A DNA stretch of 64,000 bases from Candidatus Omnitrophota bacterium (GTDB lineage Bacteria; Omnitrophota; Gorgyraeia; Gygaellales; UBA12090). The stretch covers positions 1,029-65,028 of the forward strand of contig JAHFFP010000001.1 in assembly GCA_023247895.1 (NCBI GenBank). The letters run 5' to 3'. Position numbers and translations under genes: made by a program. The notes under the pieces are model-generated. The model saw only the letters and a program-made list of their open reading frames with translations. It was not told the DNA's origin and ran no database searches. Positions 37,197 through 48,420 of this stretch are shown in pieces (positions within the stretch are counted from its first letter, which is position 1; every line of letters starts with the position of its first letter).

Positions 37197-37916
37197 TTAT
37201 ATAATCTCGCACTTTGGCCCTAAAATATCTTTTATCTGATTCAATCGTTCTTTATCCGGAGGTTTAACCCAGATTTCCGTAGTTGACCGCACCGGCGTAT
37301 TAAGCTGTATCTTATCCGGTTTTATTTTATCTATAGCCTCTTTAAACTTATAGGCGTAGCCTATACCATCGTTCATGCCTTTAAGCAGCATTATTTCTAA
37401 GTATATCTTCCCCTTAAATTCATCGCGTAGCGCAATTAATCCGCTTACAATATTTTCTATTTTCATTCCTGTAACAGGCCGGTCTATAACCTCAAAGACA
37501 TCCTCAGTCACTGCATCAAGCGACGGCACAATTATATCCACTCCTAATACATCATGGCGCACTTTTGCGTCAGAAAATAAGGAAGCGTTCGTTATCAGCA
37601 CAAGAGGTACAGAAGTAAGCTTTTTAACTTCGCTAATTACGCGCGCGATATCAACATTAAGCATCGGCTCGCCAAAACCGGAGAGGCTGATATAATCTAT
37701 AGGAGAAGTTTTAGAATCAAGTGTTTTAAAGAATCCCTGCAACTCTGCCAATATTTCTCGTATATCCAGATAACTGCTACGCTGATTGGCCTTTATTGTT
37801 GTCTTACCTAATTGGCAATAAACGCAATCAAAATTACAGACTTTGTGTGGCGTTAAGGTTATCCCAAGCGATAACCCTAATCTACGCGACCTCACAGGAC
37901 CATATATATAACGCAT
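37197..37916 (-). CDS. Radical SAM protein
   Basis: YGPVRSRRLG, CNFDCVYC. Confidence 0.9.
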   Translation of the reverse strand: MRYIYGPVRSRRLGLSLGITLTPHKVCNFDCVYCQLGKTTIKANQRSSYLDIREILAELQGFFKTLDSKTSPIDYISLSGFGEPMLNVDIARVISEVKKLTSVPLVLITNASLFSDAKVRHDVLGVDIIVPSLDAVTEDVFEVIDRPVTGMKIENIVSGLIALRDEFKGKIYLEIMLLKGMNDGIGYAYKFKEAIDKIKPDKIQLNTPVRSTTEIWVKPPDKERLNQIKDILGPKCEII

Positions 37917-38045
37917 TCCTGAAATTATCCGATTGTGTATCTGTGTATAGTTGCCTATCTACGAAATCCACACCGCTAAAATAAACCCCGCATCTATTTT
38001 TTTAATAGGTGCGGGGAATCTTAAAAATGTGCGGTGAACCAAACC

Positions 38046-38345
38046 TTATCGTACCACTAAAACTGAATTCGTGCTGCCTAAGGTATTGGAGATGGCGTCC
38101 TTACAGCTGGGATCATTTATCCATGAGCCATCAACCACAAATTTATACTCATATTTTCCGGGAGTAAATGTCGCCCTGATTGCCCAAATTCCTTTAGCAT
38201 CTTTCTTGGCAACTAACGAGTTTGCATCCCAATTATTAAAGTTACCCGCAAGGCTTACCCTCTTTGCCTCCGGCGCACGGAGCTTAAACTCCACCGCCCT
38301 TGACTCCACTGTTTTTACTTTTGATTCCACTGCTTTCTTTACCAT
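38046..38345 (-). CDS. Glycogen-binding CBM48/AMPK-beta-like protein
   Basis: AGNFNNW, GKYEYKFVVDGSW..DP. Confidence 0.88.
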   Translation of the reverse strand: MVKKAVESKVKTVESRAVEFKLRAPEAKRVSLAGNFNNWDANSLVAKKDAKGIWAIRATFTPGKYEYKFVVDGSWINDPSCKDAISNTLGSTNSVLVVR

Positions 38346-38447
38346 ATTCCCCCTCCCGTTTACTTACTATCGACCCTTATATAAAGTTATTTTAGCAATG
38401 CACAATCTTTATGTCAAGAAGAATCCCTTTAAAAGCCTGGGGAACCT

Positions 38448-39251
38448 TTACGAAGATACCGCGAGTATCGCAATATCCTTTTTCTCTGCTAAGCGTAATG
38501 CCTCGTGCTGATCAAAAAATAAGGTTTTGCCTGCCTCTATCGCCAGACAGCTTCCCTGAGACAGGTTTTTTATTGTCCCTAAGCCTACCACAGGCACATC
38601 AAAACGCATATCCTGCGAAGGTTTACTCGTTTTTACCAAAACAATCGACGAACGCGTAAGGCTCACCGCGCGCCTTATGGCGTTATCGGTGCCTTCTATT
38701 GACTCAACCGCCAAAATCACGCCATTCTTGACGCATACGCTTTGGCCGATATCCATAATCCCTAAATGCTTAGCGATTTTAAAACCAAATCTCACGTCCT
38801 TATACTCCTGTTCGCTTGGAGACCTTGGTGTCAAAACTGCCTCTTGAGGCATATAGCCTGATAAGAATAGCGTTGAATCAAGCAACTCTAAATGTGCTTT
38901 TTGCAATCGAGCGACAAATGCCCGAAATACCGTATCGGCCCTGCGGTCTTCTATTTTACCAAAAAAAGCCTCTACATCAGGCGAAGCCATAATCTTTGGG
39001 TTAAAAAGGAACTGCGGATTAATTTGCCCCGCCATAGCTACTTTAGAAATGTCTTCCTTCTTAAAAATATCGATAATGCGGTTAAACTCCTTCGCTTCTA
39101 TCCAATGAAGTATAGCAACGTATTTCTTAAGGACTGGCCTTGTATTTTTCTTGACGCCAACAGCAGTGACATGGTAGCCTGCGTTCTTTGCGTGTTGGGC
39201 AAAAAATAGGGGAAAATTACCTCTGCCTGCAATAAGGCCAATTCTTTCCAT
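38448..39251 (-). CDS. lpxI: UDP-2,3-diacylglucosamine hydrolase LpxI
   Basis: IGLIAGRG, DIGQS, EGTD, QDMRFDVP. Confidence 0.92.
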   Translation of the reverse strand: MERIGLIAGRGNFPLFFAQHAKNAGYHVTAVGVKKNTRPVLKKYVAILHWIEAKEFNRIIDIFKKEDISKVAMAGQINPQFLFNPKIMASPDVEAFFGKIEDRRADTVFRAFVARLQKAHLELLDSTLFLSGYMPQEAVLTPRSPSEQEYKDVRFGFKIAKHLGIMDIGQSVCVKNGVILAVESIEGTDNAIRRAVSLTRSSIVLVKTSKPSQDMRFDVPVVGLGTIKNLSQGSCLAIEAGKTLFFDQHEALRLAEKKDIAILAVSS

Positions 39252-39288
39252 AGTGTGTAGAGAGAGTCAAAACCACCGCGCAAGCCTT

Positions 39289-40083
39289 TTAGGCAGGGGT
39301 TTCTTGCGTGCTTACTGCCCGGGCTATACCGCGCGATGAAGACTTTAGAAAATCTATTAAATAGTTGACTTCATGGCTCTTATTGATACAGCTTTGCAGC
39401 TTCTCAATGGCGTGAGTTTTGCTTAAACCGGTAAAGAAGAGATATTTAAATGCGGACTTCAAATCAGAGATAACGTTTGAAGGAACCTGCGCCCTGCGCA
39501 AACCAACCAGGTTAAGGCCGTACACCCTTGCGGGATGGCCGTCACAGGTAGAAAAAGGGGGAATATCCTGAACCACCTTGGAACAACCTCCGATAATAGA
39601 AAATTTTCCCACTCGGGTAAACTGATGTATAGCCACCAGCCCGCCAATAACTGTTTTATCTTCTATAGTAACATGCCCGGCTAAGGTTGCGCAGTTAGCC
39701 AGGACACAATTATCGCCGACTATGCAATCATGGGCAATATGCGAATACGCCATAATAAGGTTATTATTACCTACCGTGGTGACGCCTTTCTCAACGGTTC
39801 CAAGGTTTATAGTAGTATACTCTCTGATAATGTTATTCTCGCCAATGACAACTTGGGTATCTTCGCCTTTATATTTTAAGTCCTGCGGCGGGCTTCCTAT
39901 CACCACGCCGCTATAAATCTGACAACCAGCGCCAATAGTGGTATCGCCGTCAATTACGCAGGAAGTGGCTATCTTTACCTTGGGGCCTATCTTTACCTTT
40001 GAGCCTATAACCGAATACGGGCCGACTTCTACATCAGCCGCTATTTGAGCATATTCTGAGACTACCGCCGTTTTATGTATCAT
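39289..40083 (-). CDS. lpxA: UDP-GlcNAc O-acyltransferase
   Basis: PQDLKY, HIAHDC, LAGHV, HQF. Confidence 0.96.
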   Translation of the reverse strand: MIHKTAVVSEYAQIAADVEVGPYSVIGSKVKIGPKVKIATSCVIDGDTTIGAGCQIYSGVVIGSPPQDLKYKGEDTQVVIGENNIIREYTTINLGTVEKGVTTVGNNNLIMAYSHIAHDCIVGDNCVLANCATLAGHVTIEDKTVIGGLVAIHQFTRVGKFSIIGGCSKVVQDIPPFSTCDGHPARVYGLNLVGLRRAQVPSNVISDLKSAFKYLFFTGLSKTHAIEKLQSCINKSHEVNYLIDFLKSSSRGIARAVSTQETPA

Positions 40084-40114
40084 AGAAATTATGCTTTTGT
40101 GTGTCTCTCTATTT

Positions 40115-41434
40115 TCAACCTTCAACCAACGCAAACATCAATTCACCTTCCGTTGCCACCCTTCCATCCACGTATGCCTTGGCAAACACCTGTCCGGTTT
40201 TTGTCTTAATTTTACCCACGATAACCTCAATCATAAGCTGATCGCCCGGCAAAACCGGTTTTCTGAATTTTACCCCATTAGCCGCCATAAAAAAGGCAAG
40301 CTTGCCCCTATTTTCTTCCGAAGAAAGCATCATTACCCCACCCACCTGAGCCATAGCCTCGATAATCAATACTCCCGGCATAACCGGTTTACCGGGGAAA
40401 TGCCCGACGAAGAAATGCTCATTGATAGTCACATTTTTTATCCCCACTGCCTTTTTGCCTTTCTCCAAGGAAACAATCTTATCCACCAAAAGGAAAGGAT
40501 AGCGATGAGGTAAAATTTTCATAATGGCCGCAGCATCTAGTTCTTCGCCATTCTTGGGGATATTGCCAAAGGCGATACTTCCTGATTCATATTTTATCTT
40601 TTGCTGATATATCTTTTGCAATAATTTCAGATTCAAAGAGTGGCCACTTCTGATAGCTATTATTTTTCCCTTTATCTGCGCGCCTAACACATAGAGGTCA
40701 CCCATTAAATCCAAGATTTTATGCCGGACAAACTCATCTTGAAAGCGCAAAGTATTCTTAATGACTTCTTTTTCCCCCACCACAAGAGTATTCTGATAGT
40801 TGGCGCCTTTTCCCAGGCCAATGCCTTGCAGGCTTTCGGCTTCTTCCTGTAAACAAAAGGTTCTTGATGAAGCAAGCTCTTGCTCAAAACTCTCAGGAGT
40901 AACCACCAATTCCAGATACTGGGCCTTTAATAAGAGATGGTCATACTGCAATGTGTAGCGGATACTGTAGTCATTCGCGGGTAACGCCACAATCATTGCT
41001 TGGCCTTCTTCAACCCACAAAGGCTCTTTTATAGAAAAATATTTTCTTGAAGTTTCTTGTTCAACGATACCCGCTTCCTTGAGCAAGCTTAAAAACTCAA
41101 TTCCTGAGCCGTCAAGCCCGGGGATTTCGTTATTATCGACTTCTATCAAGAGATTGTCCAATTGCAAACCGGATAATACCGCCATAAGATGCTCAACTGT
41201 TTGCACTTCGGCATTTCCTATCCCTAACGAGGTACGGCGCTGAGTCTTACACGATTCTAAGACAGATACGCTCTCCGCCTTTATTGCCGGCTTGTCCTTT
41301 ATATCTACGCGAACAAAATGTATTCCGGAATTAACCGGCGCCGGCTTAAAAGTAAGATTCACCTTGTTGCCAGTATGCAGCCCTATGCCGGAAATCCTTG
41401 CTTGATTTTTAATCGTTCTTTGTAAAAGCTCCAT
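40115..41434 (-). CDS. lpxC: Bifunctional LpxC/FabZ
   Basis: TVEHLMA, HKILD, then LPHRYPFLLVD, GHFP..PVMPGV. Confidence 0.96.
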   Translation of the reverse strand: MELLQRTIKNQARISGIGLHTGNKVNLTFKPAPVNSGIHFVRVDIKDKPAIKAESVSVLESCKTQRRTSLGIGNAEVQTVEHLMAVLSGLQLDNLLIEVDNNEIPGLDGSGIEFLSLLKEAGIVEQETSRKYFSIKEPLWVEEGQAMIVALPANDYSIRYTLQYDHLLLKAQYLELVVTPESFEQELASSRTFCLQEEAESLQGIGLGKGANYQNTLVVGEKEVIKNTLRFQDEFVRHKILDLMGDLYVLGAQIKGKIIAIRSGHSLNLKLLQKIYQQKIKYESGSIAFGNIPKNGEELDAAAIMKILPHRYPFLLVDKIVSLEKGKKAVGIKNVTINEHFFVGHFPGKPVMPGVLIIEAMAQVGGVMMLSSEENRGKLAFFMAANGVKFRKPVLPGDQLMIEVIVGKIKTKTGQVFAKAYVDGRVATEGELMFALVEG

Positions 41435-41436
41435 GA

Positions 41437-42474
41437 TTATTTCTTACTCACCCTTTCTTCTAATTCCTGAAGGCGCTTCTTCAAATCTATAATCTCTTGA
41501 AATAATTCAGGCAATTTCTGGGTGTAGGCATTTATCTTTTTGGCTTCGCTATGCGGCCGCGCCGGATACCCCGACACAATGGCATTAGCGGCCACCGATT
41601 TGGTAACCCCTGCCTGTGCTGCGATTATCGCGCCGTCGCCGACTTCTATGTGGCCGACTAAACCCGACTGGCCGGCGAGCGTTACATTTTTTCCGATAAT
41701 CGTGCTTCCGGAAATACCTGTTTGCGCTACGATAATCGAATTTTCGCCAATTACCACATTGTGGGCAATCTGCACAAGATTGTCAATCTTGGTTCCCTTG
41801 CCTATGACTGTCTTGTCAAAACGCGCGCGGTCGATAGCCACATTAGCCCCGATTTCTACATCATCTTGTATCTCCACACTCCCAATCTGGGGAATCTTTT
41901 CATGAATGCCTTTTATATTGATAAATCCAAAACCATCCGAACCGATAACCGTCCCGCTATGAATAATAACTCTATTGCCTATATTCGTCTTTTCCCGTAT
42001 GGAAACATTTGGATATATCAGGCAGTTATTTCCTATACGGCTCTGGTGGCCGATGAAACACCCGGGATATATAATAGTCTTATCGCCAATAACTACATCA
42101 TCGTCTATTACTACATAGGCGCCTAAGGCAACATCTTGGCTTAAAACAACATTCTTTCCGATTATCGCGCTAGGATGTATACCTTGCGGATGGCGTACAG
42201 AAGAAGGCAGCGCATACGAAATTACTCTCGTAAATGCCAAAGAGGGGTTCTCAATGCGGATTATTGGCTTAGGAGTAGACTGAACTTCCCTGGAAGTAAT
42301 AATCGCTGAGGCGTGCGTTTCGCCTATAAGATTGGTATAACGCGAATTAGCAAGAAAGGTGATATCGCCTTCTTTTGCCTCCTTGATACCGCAGACGCCG
42401 GTAATAACGATGCTCGGGTCCCCTATCAACTCACCGCCGATAACTCGGGCTATTTCACCTAAGGTGCTCTTCAT
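41437..42474 (-). CDS. lpxD: UDP-3-O-acylglucosamine N-acyltransferase
   Basis: GSDGFG, KIDNLVQIAHN hexapeptide repeats. Confidence 0.96.
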   Translation of the reverse strand: MKSTLGEIARVIGGELIGDPSIVITGVCGIKEAKEGDITFLANSRYTNLIGETHASAIITSREVQSTPKPIIRIENPSLAFTRVISYALPSSVRHPQGIHPSAIIGKNVVLSQDVALGAYVVIDDDVVIGDKTIIYPGCFIGHQSRIGNNCLIYPNVSIREKTNIGNRVIIHSGTVIGSDGFGFINIKGIHEKIPQIGSVEIQDDVEIGANVAIDRARFDKTVIGKGTKIDNLVQIAHNVVIGENSIIVAQTGISGSTIIGKNVTLAGQSGLVGHIEVGDGAIIAAQAGVTKSVAANAIVSGYPARPHSEAKKINAYTQKLPELFQEIIDLKKRLQELEERVSKK

Positions 42475-42503
42475 TATGCCGCTATCTTTCTGATTATCTC
42501 TAA

Positions 42504-43028
42504 TTACTTCTTTTCTTGAGGCGCGGCCTTTTTATAATTAGCCTGCAATATCTCAAGGACTTTATCCGTAATATCGCTGGTATTTGTTTTATACATAAAC
42601 ACCCTGTCATTAAAAACCATAGTATAGCCTTCTTTTTGGGCGTATTCCTTTACCGCATTTTCTATATCATTTAAAACCTCTTTGAGCCTATCATCCCTTT
42701 CTTTCTTTAAGTCGCCTTCTTTCGATAAGGCAAATTCCCGGACAGACTTAACTTTTTCCTCCAATTCCTTCTGTTTCTTTTCTTTTTCCTTATCTGCTAA
42801 TATATCTAAACCATCCTGCAGCTTCTTTACCTCTGAGATCTTGGTATCCCTGTCTTTTTCATATGCGCTTGCCTTTGTTTCAAGGTTCTTATCATACTCT
42901 TTTGTCTTTTGATACTCGTCAAAAAGCTTACCCACATCAACATATCCAATTTTATCCGCCGCAAAAGCAGAGGTTACCAATCCCCCAAGAAATATAACTC
43001 CTAACAATACCGGTAAACCTTTTTTCAT
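42504..43028 (-). CDS. skp: OmpH/Skp periplasmic chaperone
   Basis: KIGYVD...DIT; lies between bamA and lpxD. Confidence 0.9.
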   Translation of the reverse strand: MKKGLPVLLGVIFLGGLVTSAFAADKIGYVDVGKLFDEYQKTKEYDKNLETKASAYEKDRDTKISEVKKLQDGLDILADKEKEKKQKELEEKVKSVREFALSKEGDLKKERDDRLKEVLNDIENAVKEYAQKEGYTMVFNDRVFMYKTNTSDITDKVLEILQANYKKAAPQEKK

Positions 43029-43073
43029 TTCTCCTCCTCAATGTGCACTTGTGCCCGCCTTATCTCTACAATC

Positions 43074-45683
43074 CTAAAAACCATGGCTTATGCCAAAGTG
43101 AAGCTGTCCATCGCCTTTTTCTGTTTCACCGGATTCCTTATTTAAAGGAATACCATAATCTAGGCGCAGCGGCCCAATGGGAGTCTTAAGCCTTATCCCA
43201 AAGCCAAACCCTGCCTTGTAGCCGCCTGAACCGAAGTCATCAACCTTTGACCAGACATTACCAACATCAAAAAATACTGCCGCCTTTAAGATATCTATAA
43301 GAGGATACAGGTATTCAATATTGCCAACAAGCATAGCCTCACCGCCAACAGGGTCCTTCGAAACGCTGTCTATGGGGCCAACCTTTCGTTCCTGATACCC
43401 GCGAACGGTATACGCGCCACCCGCATAAAAACGCTCATAGATAGGGACCTCTTTGGAATTGCCGTATGCATCCACTACACCTGCGCGCAGGCGCAATTCT
43501 ATTGTAGATGACTTAGGCAGCCCGAAATATTTGCTGGCGGTTGCGTTCAATTTAGTAAAGTCTTTATCCCCTACAAACGGCCCTCCGGCAACCTCAATGC
43601 TTCCTCCTAACACATATCCTTTAGACGGGCTATAAATATTATCCCTTGTATCCCGGCTAATACCTAACTGCAAAGAACTTATTACATTCGAACCAATTTC
43701 TTTTTTAAGGTCGCTTGTGGCATTGTCAGAAACGCTTGAGATATTAACCTCTTCCAAACGATACAGCGCATCAACCCTCACGTATTCGGACAATTCCTTT
43801 CCTAAACGCAAATCCCCTCCGGTCCTTTTTTCATTGTACCCAAACCCCACATCGGTTTCGCGGTCGCGCTGCCGGCGATAGGCATCAAACCCAAACGATA
43901 TGGGATAATCAAACATCCACGGTTCGGTAAAGCTAAGGTCATAATTCTGGGAGATAGAGCCCAATTCTGCCCTGAGGCGCAAATCCTGTCCCCCGCCGGT
44001 AAAATAAGGAAAGTTTTTCCAGTCAAAATTCTTCTGGGCAATTTCCACAAACCCAATGAGCTTATCTACCGAACTGTATCCGCCGCCAAAGCTGAATTCG
44101 CCGGTCTTTGTCTCCTTCACATCAACTATCAGATTTCTTTTATTCGGCTCACCCATTGCTGAGGGTTCAATATCATAGCTGACTTCTTCAAAAAAACCTA
44201 AATTTTGCAGCCGCTCTTTGCTGCGTTTGAGTTTTTCTCCGTCAAAACGTTCACCCGGGAAAATTCTTAACTCCCTGCGGATAACTACATCTTTTGTCTT
44301 AATATTGCCTTGTATCTTAATCTTATCCACATATCCTAGCTCTCCCTCATCAACGCTATAGGTAACATCCACCTTATCAGTTTCCGGGTTTAAATAGCTT
44401 GATTCGCTCACATGCGCAAAAATATAGCCTTTGTCAAAATATAAACTCTGGATGCTTGCGGAATCTTCATGAATGCTCTCGGGGCTAAAAACCTTGCCCT
44501 CACCCGTCGTCTTAAGTGATTTCTTTATCTCCTCAGCAGTAAACACCACATTATTTTTCGTATATACCTGCCCGATGAGATACTTCCTGCCCTCGCTCAC
44601 CGTAAAGATAATAAACATCCGCCCCTTGTGCGCATCATAACCAGTTTCATAATCCACCTTTACATCGGTATATCCTTCTCGGCGGTAAAAAGACTTAAGC
44701 CTTTCTATATCGTCTTTTAAGAGTTCTTCTTTATAAAATCCTGAACTAAAAAGAGCTGCCTTGCGGCTCTTAATTAACTTAAGGAGCCTCTTGGAAGTAA
44801 ATATTTTGTTGCCCCTAAAATCTATTTTTCTTATCCGTACACGTTTTGCCGGCGCAATCGTGATAGTAAGGGCAATTTTATTAGTCTGGGTGCTAAGCTC
44901 GCTCTTATAGGTAACTTCGGCCTGAGCGTAGCCTTTCTTCACGCAAAGGTCCTTTATCACGCTGATATCTTCCTTTACCTGCACTTCATCCAAATACTGC
45001 CCTTCCTTTGATTTGATCGTTTCTCTCAGTTTCTCTTCTCTGACTATCCGGGAGAAATACCCCTCGAAGATAATTTTCTCAATTAACAATTTTTCAACCA
45101 CAATAATATATACTTTCAACCCGTCTTGATAATCCTGCGTATCTATTTTTATATCGCTAAAATAGCCAAGTTCATTCAGGCGCTTGATATCATCGCTAAT
45201 GATATTAGTGGAATAAGCCGTGCCTACTTTGGTTTTTATCTTGGAAAGGATAACGGTGGTGCTGATAGATTTGTTGCCTTTGACTTCTATGGCGGTCACT
45301 TTCTTCTCAAGAGGCTTTGAAGGGACTGTTGCCGGGGGGTGTTCATCCTTTATCACTGCCGGCGTTTCAGCTTCAGTCAAGGCGATAACTGTAGGCGTAT
45401 CCTTTTTTGCTTGAGTAGATGTAATGTCTTCCTTAAATTTCTGCGCGGTATCAATAGCGCTCAACGTCTCTTTAATTGCTGTTTTTCGTTCATCCGCCCC
45501 CACAGCCTCTTTCTGCGTATCGTTTGTTGCTTCTTGCGCATATGCGCAGAGGGCGAGCGCCATACAAAACATACCGCTTATCACAAACACCTTTTTCTTC
45601 ACATCAATCCTTTTAAGTAGCAAAGGCAGATTTAACTTCGTATAATATTGCGTTATTATAATAAATATACGGCCAAAAATCAA
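43074..45683 (-). CDS. bamA: Outer-membrane protein assembly factor BamA (start uncertain)
   Basis: POTRA repeats, VRGY, TPIGPLRLDYG, terminal Phe. Confidence 0.95.
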   Translation of the reverse strand: MIFGRIFIIITQYYTKLNLPLLLKRIDVKKKVFVISGMFCMALALCAYAQEATNDTQKEAVGADERKTAIKETLSAIDTAQKFKEDITSTQAKKDTPTVIALTEAETPAVIKDEHPPATVPSKPLEKKVTAIEVKGNKSISTTVILSKIKTKVGTAYSTNIISDDIKRLNELGYFSDIKIDTQDYQDGLKVYIIVVEKLLIEKIIFEGYFSRIVREEKLRETIKSKEGQYLDEVQVKEDISVIKDLCVKKGYAQAEVTYKSELSTQTNKIALTITIAPAKRVRIRKIDFRGNKIFTSKRLLKLIKSRKAALFSSGFYKEELLKDDIERLKSFYRREGYTDVKVDYETGYDAHKGRMFIIFTVSEGRKYLIGQVYTKNNVVFTAEEIKKSLKTTGEGKVFSPESIHEDSASIQSLYFDKGYIFAHVSESSYLNPETDKVDVTYSVDEGELGYVDKIKIQGNIKTKDVVIRRELRIFPGERFDGEKLKRSKERLQNLGFFEEVSYDIEPSAMGEPNKRNLIVDVKETKTGEFSFGGGYSSVDKLIGFVEIAQKNFDWKNFPYFTGGGQDLRLRAELGSISQNYDLSFTEPWMFDYPISFGFDAYRRQRDRETDVGFGYNEKRTGGDLRLGKELSEYVRVDALYRLEEVNISSVSDNATSDLKKEIGSNVISSLQLGISRDTRDNIYSPSKGYVLGGSIEVAGGPFVGDKDFTKLNATASKYFGLPKSSTIELRLRAGVVDAYGNSKEVPIYERFYAGGAYTVRGYQERKVGPIDSVSKDPVGGEAMLVGNIEYLYPLIDILKAAVFFDVGNVWSKVDDFGSGGYKAGFGFGIRLKTPIGPLRLDYGIPLNKESGETEKGDGQLHFGISHGF

Positions 45684-45686
45684 TAC

Positions 45687-47030
45687 TTATTCCTCACCGG
45701 GGCGAGCCAAGTTTTCAAAACGCGTATATTCACGGATAAAGGCCAGGTTAAAACTGCCTACTGGGCCATTACGCTGCTTCGCAATATGTATCTCTGCAAT
45801 ACCTTTGTTTTCTTCTGTGGGGTTATAATATTCTTCACGTAAAAGAAGCACCACCACATCCGCATCCTGCTCGATGGCGCCTGATTCCCTCAAATCTGAA
45901 AGCTGAGGCTTATGGTCGGTACGGGATTCAACCGCTCTCGATAACTGGCTAATGGCAATAATCGGAACATTTAATTCGCGTGCCAAGGCCTTAAGCGAAC
46001 GTGAGATTTCAGAAATTTCTTGCTGCCTGCTTTCGGCTCTGTTTGACCCGCGCATGAGCTGTAAATAATCCAAAACTAATAATTTTATATCGTGATGTGC
46101 CTTAAGACGCCGCGCCTTGGCCCTGAGCTCCATTACCGAAATTCCGGGGGTATCATCGATAAAAATTTGCGCTTCGGAAAGCTTGCCTGCGGCAGCGGTA
46201 AGCTTTGGCCAATCGGAAACAGACAAAAATCCTGTACGGACTTTATGGGCATCAACCCTGGCATGCGAACACAAAAGGCGCTGTACCAACTGCTCCTTAG
46301 ACATTTCCAGGCTAAAAAAAGCGCTGGGAGTTTTCGTAATTACGCTTGCATATTCAAGCATACCGATAGCAAAGGCGCTTTTTCCCATAGAAGGCCGTCC
46401 CGCGACAATAATCAAATCCGAAGGCTGCAGCCCCGCGGTTTTAATATCAAAATCAGTATACCCAGTGGCAATCCCGGTAATATGCTCTTTTTTCTGATAC
46501 AACCTGTCAATAGTTTCAATGGAATCTTTAATTATTTCTTTTAATGAGACAATGGTGCCTGTCTTACGATTATCCCTGATTTCAAAAATGAGACGCTCGG
46601 CATTATCCAGGACTTGGTCAATATTGCCTTCGGCAGCATAGGCATCATTGACAATTTGGGTTGAGTTATTAATCAGCGCCCTCAAGATTGCCTTCTCGCG
46701 AACAATTGAAGCGTAATGCTGTATATTTGCAGAGGTAGGGACAGTGTTCACTAAAGACGCGATATAGCTTGAGCCGCCTACCTGTTCTAAGAGATCCTGT
46801 TTTTTCAGTTCTTCGCAAATGGTAATGATATCTACTGCCTTATTGTGGTTAAAAAGGCTTAAGATACCCTCATACACATGGCGATGGCTCTCTTTGTAAA
46901 AGAATTCGCAAGAAAGAATTTCAATAGCAGTAGCAACGGCTTCCTCATCAATCAGCATAGCGCCTAAGACAGCCATTTCTGCTTCAAGATTCTGGGGGGG
47001 GAGTTTTTCTAAGATAAGTTCCTGCGGCAT
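45687..47030 (-). CDS. dnaB: Replicative DNA helicase
   Basis: PPQNLEAE, GRPSMGKS, DYLQL, DLRESGAIEQDAD. Confidence 0.97.
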   Translation of the reverse strand: MPQELILEKLPPQNLEAEMAVLGAMLIDEEAVATAIEILSCEFFYKESHRHVYEGILSLFNHNKAVDIITICEELKKQDLLEQVGGSSYIASLVNTVPTSANIQHYASIVREKAILRALINNSTQIVNDAYAAEGNIDQVLDNAERLIFEIRDNRKTGTIVSLKEIIKDSIETIDRLYQKKEHITGIATGYTDFDIKTAGLQPSDLIIVAGRPSMGKSAFAIGMLEYASVITKTPSAFFSLEMSKEQLVQRLLCSHARVDAHKVRTGFLSVSDWPKLTAAAGKLSEAQIFIDDTPGISVMELRAKARRLKAHHDIKLLVLDYLQLMRGSNRAESRQQEISEISRSLKALARELNVPIIAISQLSRAVESRTDHKPQLSDLRESGAIEQDADVVVLLLREEYYNPTEENKGIAEIHIAKQRNGPVGSFNLAFIREYTRFENLARPGEE

Positions 47031-47143
47031 ATGAGAAACTAGAAATAAAATTTTAAAATTCAAAATCCCTGCCTACCGGCAAGGCAGACAAAATCCTTCC
47101 CGCTAAGGCGGAACAAGTTTAGAAGGACAGCGTTTTATCTCTC

Positions 47144-47587
47144 TTATTTCTTAACTATCCAGACTTTTATTTTAGTAGAAACTTCAGGATGTAATTTTAT
47201 CGGTATCTCGTAGACGCCTAACACCTTGATTGGTTCATTTAAAAGTATATTTTTCTTTTCTACCGTGTAGCCTTCAGACGCTAAAAGCTTTGCAACTTCA
47301 TTCTCATCTACGCTTCCATAAAGTTTGTCATCAATGTTTGCTTCGGCAGCCAAGGTAAAAGAGGCATCTGCTATTTTCTTTGCCAGTGCTTGCGCCGAAG
47401 ACTTTTCCTTTTGTGCTGACGCAGAGAGAGAAGCCATTAATTCCTGCCTCAAGTTAAGATTTTTCTTAGTCGCCTCAAAGGCAAGGTCTTGTGGAAACAA
47501 AAAGTTCCGGGCAAAACCATCCTTCACATTTACCATATCCCATGCATCGCCGATTTTCTCTATTCGTTGTTTTAATATTACCTTCAT
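47144..47587 (-). CDS. rplI: 50S ribosomal protein L9
   Basis: MKVIL...VKDGFARNFLFP, KLYGSV. Confidence 0.96.
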   Translation of the reverse strand: MKVILKQRIEKIGDAWDMVNVKDGFARNFLFPQDLAFEATKKNLNLRQELMASLSASAQKEKSSAQALAKKIADASFTLAAEANIDDKLYGSVDENEVAKLLASEGYTVEKKNILLNEPIKVLGVYEIPIKLHPEVSTKIKVWIVKK

Positions 47588-47636
47588 ATCATGAGCCCCC
47601 CGATGAAGCCAGCGCAGTGCTCTGCTCTGAATTACT

Positions 47637-47927
47637 CTACGTCCGGACATACGGCAACAAAGCCATATAACGGGCAAGTTTTATTGCACTGCTAAGTTTA
47701 CGTTGATGCTTTGTACAATTTCCTGAAAATTTGCGAGATATCATCTTATATCTTTCGGTTACAAATTTTTCTAATCTCTTTGCGTCTTTGTAATCAATCT
47801 CACTTGCTTTTTCCACGCAAAAACGGCAGAATTTCTTACGCACCGGCATAAAATCCATATCCCTGTCTTTTCGTTTAAAACCTGTCCTCGTGTCTTTTCT
47901 TGTTTCTCTTTTCTTATAAGTTGCCAC
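47637..47927 (-). CDS. rpsR: 30S ribosomal protein S18
   Basis: [24 protein letters not shown]. Confidence 0.96.
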   Translation of the reverse strand: MATYKKRETRKDTRTGFKRKDRDMDFMPVRKKFCRFCVEKASEIDYKDAKRLEKFVTERYKMISRKFSGNCTKHQRKLSSAIKLARYMALLPYVRT

Positions 47928-48375
47928 TCTTATCGTCTCCTTCCGTCCAAGAAATATTTTCCTCATTCCCATGAGTTACATTCTGAGGAACTTCACCCTC
48001 ACTCTCATCGGATGCAAAGGGTGTTTTTCCTCCTTGAGTATTTGAAGGCTGCCCCATAAATTGCACCCTTTCCGCCCGCACCTCAATCACACTGCGCTTC
48101 TGCCCCGCAGTATCTTCCCAAGAACGTGATTGCAACCTGCCCTCAATAAACAAGGGGGCGCCCTTACGGAGGTATTGATTACATACCTCTGCCTGCTTAT
48201 CCCATGCTACCACAGTAATAAAACATACCTCTTCTTTTTGCTCTCCCGATTTATCCTTCCAACGCCTATTCACCGCAAGCCTTAAGTTTACCACCGCGGT
48301 GCCTTGAGGGGTATAGCGCAATTCCGGATCCTTCGTAAGATTCCCGATAAGCAATACCTTATTTAAACTTGCCAT
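47914..48375 (-). CDS. ssb: Single-stranded DNA-binding protein
   Basis: [18 protein letters not shown]. Confidence 0.96.
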   Translation of the reverse strand: MASLNKVLLIGNLTKDPELRYTPQGTAVVNLRLAVNRRWKDKSGEQKEEVCFITVVAWDKQAEVCNQYLRKGAPLFIEGRLQSRSWEDTAGQKRSVIEVRAERVQFMGQPSNTQGGKTPFASDESEGEVPQNVTHGNEENISWTEGDDKSGNL

Positions 48376-48420
48376 TACATTCTCCTCTCAAAGGGCAAAA
48401 ACGCACACCATGATACACCC